NCBI GenBank assembly: GCA_963695025.1
Contig: CAVOFQ010000002.1
Span: 215,272 to 279,271 of the forward strand
Reading direction: 5' to 3'
DNA length: 64,000 nt
Source: an uncultured Actinomycetes bacterium
GTDB lineage: Bacteria > Actinomycetota > Thermoleophilia > Gaiellales > JAICJC01
Shown: positions 46,385 through 57,409 of the stretch, piece by piece
Numbering within the stretch: the stretch's first letter is position 1
How the letters are laid out: every line of letters starts with the position of its first letter
The notes under the pieces: generated by a model
Database searches by the model: none
Told to the model about the DNA's origin: nothing
The model's input: the letters and a program-made list of their open reading frames with translations, nothing else
Program-made: the position numbers and the translations under genes

Positions 46385-46948
46385 ATGTTGTACTCATTGC
46401 TGCAGTCATCTCGTGCCATTCGAGACACTACGCGCGGAGGAGGGGGGCGAGGGACTCTTCGCCTGCCGGGCGGCGGCCGGGTCGGCTGGCTTCGAGTGAC
46501 ATTCGGAGTCATCTGGGGGCTCGATGCCTACTTGAAATGGCAGCCGGCCTTTCTGAACAACTTCCTGGCACAGGCAACGGCTGCGGGTACCAACCAGCCG
46601 CATTGGCTCGCACCCTGGTTCACGTTTTGGCGAGACATCGTCCAGACCGCACCCCACCTGATGGGGTATCTGGTGGCTGCGACCGAGACGACGTTGGCGG
46701 TGGCGTTGGTGTTGGGGGTTTTGCCTCGCCTGGTGCTGACCGCCGGATTGGCGTACAGCCTCGCAATATGGAGCATCCCCGAGGGCTTCGGAGGGATCGG
46801 CGTACCCGGGGCAACGGACCCCGGCGCCGGGATCATCTATGCCGTCGTCTTTGCCGCGTTGTTGCTGCTGCACGCACGCAGCTCGGCGCCCGCAGAGTCA
46901 CTGGTGGATGCGCGGTTGCGGGCAGCCGATGACCGTGTCGCAGCGTGA
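46385..46948 (+). CDS. integral membrane protein (DoxX-like, tentative)
   Basis: 187 aa with 4 hydrophobic helices. AGGAG lies 5 nt upstream of the ATG. Confidence 0.55.
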   Translation: MLYSLLQSSRAIRDTTRGGGGRGTLRLPGGGRVGWLRVTFGVIWGLDAYLKWQPAFLNNFLAQATAAGTNQPHWLAPWFTFWRDIVQTAPHLMGYLVAATETTLAVALVLGVLPRLVLTAGLAYSLAIWSIPEGFGGIGVPGATDPGAGIIYAVVFAALLLLHARSSAPAESLVDARLRAADDRVAA

Positions 46949-48442
46949 ACAGCCGACCCGATGGACGACTGTCCCGGGAGGGTCCTGCCGATAGGCGGTT
47001 CAGCGCTCAGCATGAGCGGGCCGCCGGACCCGTTCTGCTCACCGGCGCGACCGGGTACATCGGCGGCCGACTGCTGCGCAAACTCGAGGAGTCAGGGCGA
47101 CCGGTGCGCTGCATGGCGCGCCGACCCGATGCGCTGTCGGGACGGGCGGCTGAGCAAACGGAGATCGTGCCCGGAGACGTCCTCGAGCCCGACTCTCTGC
47201 ACGACGCCCTCGCGGGTGTCACGGCCGCCTACTACCTCGTTCACTCGATGGCCGCGTCAGGACCGTTCGCCGATGCCGACCGTCGCGGCGCTGAAAACTT
47301 CGCGGCCGCCGCGCGGGCGAGCGGCGTGAGTCGGATCGTCTACCTGGGCGGCCTCGGCGCAGACACCGACGTCTCGACTCACCTTGAGAGCCGTCACGAG
47401 GTCGGACAGATCCTGCGCGAGTCGGGCGTCCCGACGATCGAGTTTCGTGCGTCCATCGTCATCGGCTCGGGGAGCGTCTCGTTCGAGATCGTGCGCTCGC
47501 TCGTCGACCGCTCGCCGGTCCTGCTGATACCGCGCTGGGTCGTCTCACGCGCGCAGCCGATCGCGATCGAGGATGTCCTCGCGTACCTGCTTGCCGCCCT
47601 CGACCTTGAGCCTCGAGGAGAGCCGGATCTTCGAGATCGGCGGCCCAGACCGCGTCGCGTACGTCGATCTCATGCGGGAGTATGCGCGTCAGGTCGGCCT
47701 CCGGCGCGCAGTGATCCGCGTCCCGCTCGCGACACCGCGCATCTCCGGGCTCTGGTTGAGCGTCGTGACCCCGGTGTACGCGAGCATCGGCCGGAAGCTC
47801 ATCGCGAGCCTGCGCAACGACACCCTCGTTCGCGACGGATCGGCGCTCGAGGTGTTTCCGATCCGCCCGCGAGGCTTCCGCCAGGCGATCGAGCGCGCTC
47901 TCGCAAACGAGGACAGGGAGTTCGCCGAGACCCGGTGGTCGGATGCGTTGTCGGCGCACGCAGGCGCGGAACTGGGGCGGCGTGACGTTCGGCCAGCGGG
48001 CGGTCGCATCACGCACGATCAGAGTCGCGGCGTCGCCGGAGCGGACATTCGCGCCGATTCAGCGGATCGGCGGCAAGACGGGCTGGTACTACGGCAACGG
48101 CTTCTGGCGGCTGCGCGGCCTCATCGACAAGATGGTCGGCGGGGTCGGTCTTCGCCGCGGGCCGTCGCGATCCCGTTCGGCTGGCGGTGGGAGACACGCT
48201 CGACTTCTGGCGAGTGGAGGCCTTCGAGCAGGATCGGCTCCTGCGGCTCGCGGCCGAGATGAGGGCCCCCGGGCGTATCTGGCTGCAGTTCGAGGTCGAC
48301 GGCGACCAATCCGGATCGACACTGCGCCAGACCGCGATCTTCGATCCGCACGGCCTCACGGGACTCGCGTACTGGTACGCGCTCTACCCGGTTCACCACC
48401 TGATCTTCGAGGGCATGCTGCGAAGGATCGGACAGGACCTAA
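46945..48442 (+). pseudogene. SDR-family NAD(P)-binding protein with C-terminal DUF2867-like domain, multiply frame-disrupted
   Basis: LLTGATGYIGGRLL is in frame 0. The recognisable sequence then continues in frames +1 (from ~47610: ESRIFEIGGPDRVAYVDLMREYA), +2 (from ~47968: NWGGVTFGQR..IGGKTGWYYGN) and 0 (from ~48162: RDPVRLAVGDTLDFWRVE). A fourth +1 shift is needed to reach the TAA at 48440, just before a terminator hairpin. Confidence 0.75.
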
Positions 48443-48447
48443 CAGCA

Positions 48448-48477
48448 GAGGGATCGGCGCAACCGCGCCGATCCCTC
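48448..48477. terminator. 13-bp perfect hairpin between the SDR pseudogene and tRNA-Pro
   Basis: GAGGGATCGGCGC-AACC-GCGCCGATCCCTC. It lies 3 nt beyond the tRNA 3' end (minus strand) and 5 nt after the TAA at 48440. Confidence 0.55.
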
Positions 48478-48480
48478 GCA

Positions 48481-48554
48481 TCGGGGCGCCGAGATTCGAA
48501 CTCGGGACCTCACCGACCCGAACGGTGCGCGCTACCAGGCTGCGCCACGCCCCG
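48481..48554 (-). tRNA. tRNA-Pro (anticodon CGG)
   Basis: Hand-folded cloverleaf: acceptor CGGGGCG/CGCCCCG, D arm GCGC-AGCCTGGTA-GCGC, anticodon arm CACCG-TTCGGGT-CGGTG, variable loop AGGTC, T arm CCGAG-TTCGAAT-CTCGG, discriminator A. CCA is not encoded. Confidence 0.9.
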
Positions 48555-48566
48555 GAACGGGCCTGA

Positions 48567-48869
48567 TTATCGCACAGGCGGTTCGGCCGGCTGTCCGCTG
48601 GCGCGGGCCAACTCGCGGCGGGCGTAGTAGGCGTCGAACGCCATCATCCGCCGCAGCCAGCGCTGCTGTGCCTCGATCTCGATGTCGTACAGGAGCCGGT
48701 CGACCTCGAAGATCTCGATGGCCCGGTCGACCTGAGCCATGATCCGGTGGCGCAGGCCGCCGCTTCCGGGGCGGTCGAAGGACTCTCGGCGCAGCGGTTC
48801 GGACCGTGGCGGCAGGTGCCCGGCCAGGCGGCTCTCGAGAGATACGCGCTGTTCCATCCCGGGAAGCAT
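48567..48869 (-). CDS. hypothetical protein
   Basis: 100-aa ORF with strong G/C third-position bias and no recognisable motif. It is divergent from the Nif3-like gene. Confidence 0.4.
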   Translation of the reverse strand: MLPGMEQRVSLESRLAGHLPPRSEPLRRESFDRPGSGGLRHRIMAQVDRAIEIFEVDRLLYDIEIEAQQRWLRRMMAFDAYYARRELARASGQPAEPPVR

Positions 48870-48939
48870 TGCGCAGAGGTGCTCGGCGCCGCAACGGGTG
48901 GGGTGGGCGGACTACCCAACTGGGGGGTACGGTACGCGG

Positions 48940-49698
48940 GTGGCCGCCCGTGACGAAATCGTTGCATTCGCCGACGGACTGCTGCAGGCCGATACCTATC
49001 CCGACGCGCTGCCGGTCGGCCTACAGGTCACCGGCGCATCCGAGGTGACCCGGATCGCGACCGGCGTCAGCGCGTCGCTCGAGCTCTTCCGGCGAGCGGC
49101 CGACGCGGGCGCCCAGATGCTGATCGTCCACCACGGCCTCTTCTGGAACTCCGACCCGCGTCGAGTCGGTGCGCGCGAGCGGGCGCGGCTCGCATGCCTG
49201 TTCGAGGCCGACCTCTCGCTCGTCGCCTACCACCTCGCCCTCGACGCGCACCCGGACGTCGGCAACAACGCGCTCCTGTGCCGCCTGCTCGGCCTCGACG
49301 ATCTCGAGGAGTTCGGCCTGCACGGCGACCGCACGATCGGCTTCATCGCGCGGTCTGAGCCTCCGATCACCCTCGACGAGCTGGTCGCGCGCGTCCGGAA
49401 GGAGGTGTCGGTCAAGCCGCTCGTGTTCGCCGACGGCCCGGACACGATCGCCCGGATTGCCATCATCAGCGGCGCCGCCGCGGGCGAGCTGCAGGCCGCA
49501 GCGGACGCCGGCGCCGACTGCTTCATCACCGGGGAGCCGCGCGAGCCGGCGATGGATCAGGCGCGCGAGGCCGGTATCCACTTCATCGCCGCCGGTCACT
49601 ACGCCACCGAGGTCTTCGGCGTTCGCGTGCTGGGCGACCTGATCGCGGGCCGTTTCGGGGTCGAGCACGTGTTCATCGACCTGCCCAATCCGATCTGA
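48940..49698 (+). CDS. Nif3-like dinuclear metal centre protein (GTP cyclohydrolase 1 type 2 homologue)
   Basis: GTG at 48940 gives 252 aa with MLIVHHGLFW, LVAYHLALDAH and FIAAGHYATE. Confidence 0.85.
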   Translation: MAARDEIVAFADGLLQADTYPDALPVGLQVTGASEVTRIATGVSASLELFRRAADAGAQMLIVHHGLFWNSDPRRVGARERARLACLFEADLSLVAYHLALDAHPDVGNNALLCRLLGLDDLEEFGLHGDRTIGFIARSEPPITLDELVARVRKEVSVKPLVFADGPDTIARIAIISGAAAGELQAAADAGADCFITGEPREPAMDQAREAGIHFIAAGHYATEVFGVRVLGDLIAGRFGVEHVFIDLPNPI

Positions 49699-49714
49699 GG
49701 GCACGCGCCCGCGA

Positions 49715-49743
49715 TTGACGGCGTCCGTCGGGATCGCTACAGT
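49715..49743 (+). promoter_or_regulatory. near-consensus housekeeping-sigma promoter (TTGACG-17-TACAGT)
   Basis: The -35 TTGACG is at 49715-49720 and the -10 TACAGT is at 49738-49743, with an exact 17-nt spacer. It stands out in a >70% GC background. Confidence 0.5.
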
Positions 49744-49749
49744 TTGAGG

Positions 49750-49850
49750 ATGGATGTCTGCGAGGAGCACGCCTGAGTTGCCCGGCTTCCGCGCAACTGA
49801 GGAGCAGCACCTCTGAGGCCCACCGAGCGATTGTGCCCGGTGGGTTTTTT
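49750..49850 (+). ncRNA. candidate small RNA or cis-regulatory leader (unclassified)
   Basis: It is bounded by the promoter above and an intrinsic terminator. It contains the hairpin CCUGAGUUGC/GCAACUGAGG (49772-49802) and two GAGGAGCA boxes (49762, 49799). Confidence 0.4.
49819..49850 (+). terminator. intrinsic terminator
   Basis: CCCACCG - 12 nt - CGGTGGG followed by TTTTTT (49845-49850). Confidence 0.7.
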
Positions 49851-49880
49851 CAATTCCCGGAGACGAGAAGGGGCAGGTAT

Positions 49881-50042
49881 ATGGCCAATCACCTGACGCC
49901 GGATGAGCTGTCCAAAGAGTTCGGAATGAAGCGCGAGGACATCATCCGACTCTGTCACGAGCAGTCCGTTCCGATCTACCACGGCAAGATCGACAAGAGC
50001 CTGTTCCAGGCTGTCCGCGAGGAGCTGACGCTCGCGCGGTAA
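49881..50042 (+). CDS. small helix-turn-helix-like protein (53 aa)
   Basis: MANHLTPDELSKEFGMKREDIIRLCHEQSVPIYHGKIDKSLFQAVREELTLAR has an excisionase/MerR-like HTH layout. AAGGGG lies 9 nt upstream of the ATG. Confidence 0.5.
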   Translation: MANHLTPDELSKEFGMKREDIIRLCHEQSVPIYHGKIDKSLFQAVREELTLAR

Positions 50043-50084
50043 CGCTGCGGGAGCAGCCGCCCCCGCTCGTAGTATCCAGATTCT

Positions 50085-53995
<3,911 letters not shown>

Positions 53996-54027
53996 TCCGA
54001 TCTCCGTCTGGAGGCGTACATCGCCAC

Positions 54028-54522
54028 ATGAGAAGCCTACGCGTTGCGGCCGCCGCCGCCGCCCTCACCCTTGTCCTGGCCGCCTGCGGCAGTTCTTCGT
54101 CGGCCTCGTCCTCCAACCCAGGCTCGTCCGCCCCCGCGGGCGGCAGCAGCACCCCGGCGGTTTCGGGAAAGAAGATCGATGTGACCGAGAAGGACTTCTC
54201 GATCACGGTCGCCAATGCCGCCAACATCTCACCCGGGACGTATACGTTCGTGGTCACCAATCAAGGCCCGTCGTCACACGATCTCACCGTCAACGGGCCC
54301 GGTGTCTCCAACAAGGCCACCTCCATCGCGGGTCCGGGGACGCAGAACCTGACGGTCACCCTCAAGGCCGGCACGTACGACCTGTTCTGCTCCGTTCCGG
54401 GCCACAAGGCGCTCGGGATGGACACCCATATCACGGTCGGCTCTGGCGGCGGTTCCGCCGGCGGAGGCACGTCCACGTCGGGTGGAGGCGGCAGCAGCAG
54501 CAGCGGCGGCGGCTGGAGCTGA
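54028..54522 (+). CDS. cupredoxin-like (type 1 copper) lipoprotein
   Basis: Lipobox LVLAACG. SHDL...CSVPGHKALGM supplies His..Cys-x4-His-x4-Met ligands. The tail is Gly/Ser-rich. Confidence 0.75.
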   Translation: MRSLRVAAAAAALTLVLAACGSSSSASSSNPGSSAPAGGSSTPAVSGKKIDVTEKDFSITVANAANISPGTYTFVVTNQGPSSHDLTVNGPGVSNKATSIAGPGTQNLTVTLKAGTYDLFCSVPGHKALGMDTHITVGSGGGSAGGGTSTSGGGGSSSSGGGWS

Positions 54523-54564
54523 GCCGCACCCTCACGCCGGTCTGCGGCAGCCGGGTGAACGCCG

Positions 54565-55731
54565 GTGAATGAGCGCGGTTCTCTGCCGACCGCGCTCTTC
54601 GCCGGCTTCGCCCTGAGCTGCGTCGGCGGGCCGCTCGCCCTGACGGCCGTCATCCTTCCCGACGCTGTCGGGGGCCCCGCAATCTCGGCGATGGGCCTGA
54701 CGGTACTCGCCGGCGCCGCGCTCTTTGCCGCGCCGCTTCTCATCTGGTGGCGGTACTCCGGGGAGATCGCCTCGAACGGCGGCCTGTATGCCTTCGTCGA
54801 GCGCGCGGCCGGGCGCAGAGTGGCGCTCGTGCAGGGGTGCATCTGGACGTTCAGCTACTTCCTCTACCTGCCGTTCACGGTCACCTACCTCGTCTACAAC
54901 CAGCTGCCGGAGTCATTCCCGGCCGTGGCCCACCACCAGACGGTGCTGGAGTTGGCGGTACCGGTCGCGATCTCGCTCCTGCTGATCCTGGGCGAGCGCC
55001 TCGCGATCATCCTGGTGGCGGTCACGGCCGTGGTGCAGGTCGTCCTGACCGTCGTCCTGGCAGCGGTCGTCGCCAATCACGCCGGGATCGACCCCGCGGC
55101 CTTCACGCCGCACTCACAGGTCCAGTCGGTCGCCCGCGGGATCGGCAACGTGGCACTGCTCTTCACCTGCGCCAGCCTGCCGCTCTTCCTCGGTGGCGAG
55201 GTCTCAGGCGGCGGGCGCACCGTGCGCAGGACGATCCTCTTCGCCGTCGTCGTCACCGCGGTGCTGCTGGTCGCGACGGCGGTGCCCATGGCCCAGCTCG
55301 GCGGGTCGCGCCTGGCGACGCTCGAGGTGCCGGGCTACACGCTGGCCAAGGCGTACGAGGGCAGCGGCCTTGCGAACATCATCGCGATCGGCGCGGCGGC
55401 GAGCGTGGTGGCGGTGATCGTGGCCGAGTTCATCGCGCTGACCAGGCTGATGCGGGCGATGCTCGGCGTGTCCGTGCCGGCGGCCGCCCGGGTGATCGCG
55501 GTGCTCTTCGTCGCCGGCGACGCGCTCAGCCTTCTCAGCCCCGAGCGGTTTTACCGTGATCTGCTCACGCCGTCGCTGGTGGCGCTCTACCTCTCGCAGG
55601 CGATCGTGTTCCTGGCGTATCTGCGGTTTCGCGGCAGGCCCTCGGCCCTGGACTGGGTGGCGGTGGCGGTGGCGACCGGACTGGCGGTGTTCGGCCTCGA
55701 GGTCGTGATCGCCCAGCAGCCTTACTCGTGA
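54565..55731 (+). CDS. APC-superfamily permease-like membrane protein
   Basis: 388 aa, about 11-12 TM, with SNGGLYAFVERAAG resembling the APC signature. Confidence 0.65.
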   Translation: MNERGSLPTALFAGFALSCVGGPLALTAVILPDAVGGPAISAMGLTVLAGAALFAAPLLIWWRYSGEIASNGGLYAFVERAAGRRVALVQGCIWTFSYFLYLPFTVTYLVYNQLPESFPAVAHHQTVLELAVPVAISLLLILGERLAIILVAVTAVVQVVLTVVLAAVVANHAGIDPAAFTPHSQVQSVARGIGNVALLFTCASLPLFLGGEVSGGGRTVRRTILFAVVVTAVLLVATAVPMAQLGGSRLATLEVPGYTLAKAYEGSGLANIIAIGAAASVVAVIVAEFIALTRLMRAMLGVSVPAAARVIAVLFVAGDALSLLSPERFYRDLLTPSLVALYLSQAIVFLAYLRFRGRPSALDWVAVAVATGLAVFGLEVVIAQQPYS

Positions 55732-55733
55732 GG

Positions 55734-55954
55734 AGAAGCTCCAGCGGAATGAATCGCGGATGGCTGGCGAGTGGCGCGCCAGCTGGGGGCCGCGACGCGG
55801 CGCAGCGCATATCCGGAGGTAATCCGGGCAAGCCGCGCCGTGGCTCCATGCGCCAGCGCAAGGTGCAAGCGCAGCTTGCACCGGTCGGTGAGGGTCTGCT
55901 ATCCAGCAGACCCTCGGCGCGCCAGACGCCGCGAGGCAGTTCGTTGGAGCTTCT
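55734..55954. other. 221-nt highly structured intergenic element (candidate ncRNA or MITE)
   Basis: The outer helix pairs 55734-55759 with 55929-55954 (23 of 26 positions paired, first 10 perfect). A second helix pairs 55772-55780 with 55916-55924. Perfect hairpins lie at 55862-55882 (9 bp), 55890-55915 (11 bp) and 55813-55827 (5 bp), the last nested in GCGCAT/ATGCGC. Confidence 0.35.
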
Positions 55955-56723
55955 AGAGAGGCCACGCGGCGAGCTCTTCCATGCCCTGGCCGCTCGTGAG
56001 ATCGAGGTGGATCGGCGTGACCGCGATCCGCTGCTGGGCGATGGCGTGAAAGTCGGTATCGGGCTCGTCGTGGTAGGAGGGATCGTCGCCGTAGATGTGG
56101 TAGCGGCGGCGCCCGCGCTCGTCGGATTCGAGCTCGAGCCGGTCGCGGTAGATCCGGCGTCCGAGCCGCACCACCGAGACGCCCTGAGCGGGCGGCGGCG
56201 GCGCATTCACGTTCAGGATGGTTCCAGGCGGAAGGCCGCGCGTACTGATCAGCTCCACCAGCCCTGGGAGGAAGTCGGCCGCGGGCGAGAAGTCGTAGCC
56301 GGACTGGCGCCGGAAGTGCACACCGGCCTCCTTGCTCTGCTGCGAGACGGCGACAGCGGGGATCCCCAGCACGAGGCCCTCGAACGCCGCGGCGACGGTG
56401 CCCGAGTAGGTGACGTCGTCGCCGAGGTTGACCCCGTAGTTGATGCCCGACACGATGAGGTCGGGCGGATCGCCGAGCAGGCCGAGGGCGGCGAAGCGGA
56501 CGCAGTCCACGGGCGTGCCGTCGGTCGCATATCCGGTCGAGCCGTCGCGCAGCGTCACCTCGACCACCGTCAGCGGCCGGTCGATCGTGATGCCGCGGCC
56601 GACGGCGCTTCGGTTCGAGTCGGGGGCGATCACCGACACGGTGCCGACGGCGTCGAGTGCCCGCTTGGCGGCCAGGAGTCCTCGTGAGGTGATGCCGTCG
56701 TCGTTGGTGATCAGAATGTTCAT
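55953..56723 (-). CDS. surE: 5'/3'-nucleotidase SurE
   Basis: MNILITNDDGITSRGL.., SGINYGVNLGDDVTYSGTVAAA. Confidence 0.9.
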   Translation of the reverse strand: MNILITNDDGITSRGLLAAKRALDAVGTVSVIAPDSNRSAVGRGITIDRPLTVVEVTLRDGSTGYATDGTPVDCVRFAALGLLGDPPDLIVSGINYGVNLGDDVTYSGTVAAAFEGLVLGIPAVAVSQQSKEAGVHFRRQSGYDFSPAADFLPGLVELISTRGLPPGTILNVNAPPPPAQGVSVVRLGRRIYRDRLELESDERGRRRYHIYGDDPSYHDEPDTDFHAIAQQRIAVTPIHLDLTSGQGMEELAAWPL

Positions 56724-56749
56724 GCCGCCCGGTAGGGTACGCGCGGGCT

Positions 56750-57376
56750 ATGACCGAGACCCCCAAGTCGGCATACCGGATCGTGACCGAGCGGCTCGTG
56801 ATCCGATGCTGGGAGCCGGCCGATGCCGTCCTCGCCAAGGAGGCGATCGACTCGAGCCTGGACCATCTGCGCCCGTGGATGCCGTGGGCGCACGCCGAGC
56901 CGACGACGCTCGAGCAGAAGGTGCAGCTGCTGCGCCTCTTCCGGGGCAAGTTCGACCTCGACCAGGATGCGGTGTACGGCATCTTCGACCGCGAGGAGCG
57001 CCGCGTGGTCGGTGGCACCGGGCTGCACCCGCGCGTGGGCGACGATGCAAGCGAGATCGGGTACTGGATCAGGGCCGACGCGACCGGGAAGGGCTTTGCG
57101 ACGGAGTCGACCGCCGCCGTGACCCGGGTCGCGTTCGAGATCCTCGGCTTCGACCGCATCGAGATCCGCTGCGACCCGGCGAACGTCCGCAGCGCCGCCA
57201 TCCCCAAGCGGCTCGGCTACGAGTACGAGGCGACTCTGCGCGGCCGCCTGCGCAACGAGCACGACGAGCCGCGCGACGCGATGGTGTTCACGATGTTCGC
57301 CGAGGACTACCCGGCCTCGCCCTGCGCCGCCGCAAAGCTCGAAGCCTTTGACGCTGCGGGCGCCCAGCTGCTCTGA
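56750..57376 (+). CDS. GNAT family N-acetyltransferase (RimJ/RimL-like)
   Basis: 208 aa with TERLVIRCWEP and EIGYWIRADATGKGFATES. Confidence 0.85.
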   Translation: MTETPKSAYRIVTERLVIRCWEPADAVLAKEAIDSSLDHLRPWMPWAHAEPTTLEQKVQLLRLFRGKFDLDQDAVYGIFDREERRVVGGTGLHPRVGDDASEIGYWIRADATGKGFATESTAAVTRVAFEILGFDRIEIRCDPANVRSAAIPKRLGYEYEATLRGRLRNEHDEPRDAMVFTMFAEDYPASPCAAAKLEAFDAAGAQLL

Positions 57377-57404
57377 GTAATTGGGCCCTGGCCCCGATTA
57401 TTCA
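57374..57404. repeat. 31-bp palindromic element TGAGTAATTGGGCCCTGGCCCCGATTATTCA (family B)
   Basis: Its first three bases are the stop codon of the GNAT gene, and it ends 5 nt before the convergent truA stop. The right arm is the reverse complement of 18861-18875. Confidence 0.65.
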
Positions 57405-57409
57405 CCGGG

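Noticed and set aside
49745-49850. Identity of the 100-nt RNA as SRP (4.5S) RNA, 6S RNA or an SAH riboswitch.
   Set aside because: There is no GGAA-tetraloop domain IV motif (..GGUCCGGAAGGAAGCAGC..) on the transcribed strand. It is too short for 6S. The GAGGAGCA boxes only superficially resemble the SAH core, there is no GGCUCGG/AACGGCGCUCA partner, and the gene context is wrong.
55734-55954. 6S RNA, RNase P RNA, tmRNA or retron msr/msd as the identity of the structured element.
   Set aside because: The fold is multi-branched rather than a rod with a central bubble. The RNase P (GAGGAAAGUCC, ACAGAA) and tmRNA signatures are absent. Terminal inverted repeats are retron-like, but no reverse transcriptase gene is nearby.
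55771-55956. 61-aa + strand ORF inside the structured intergenic element.
   Set aside because: The product is Arg/Ala-rich with no RBS or motif. The region is better explained by its extensive base pairing.
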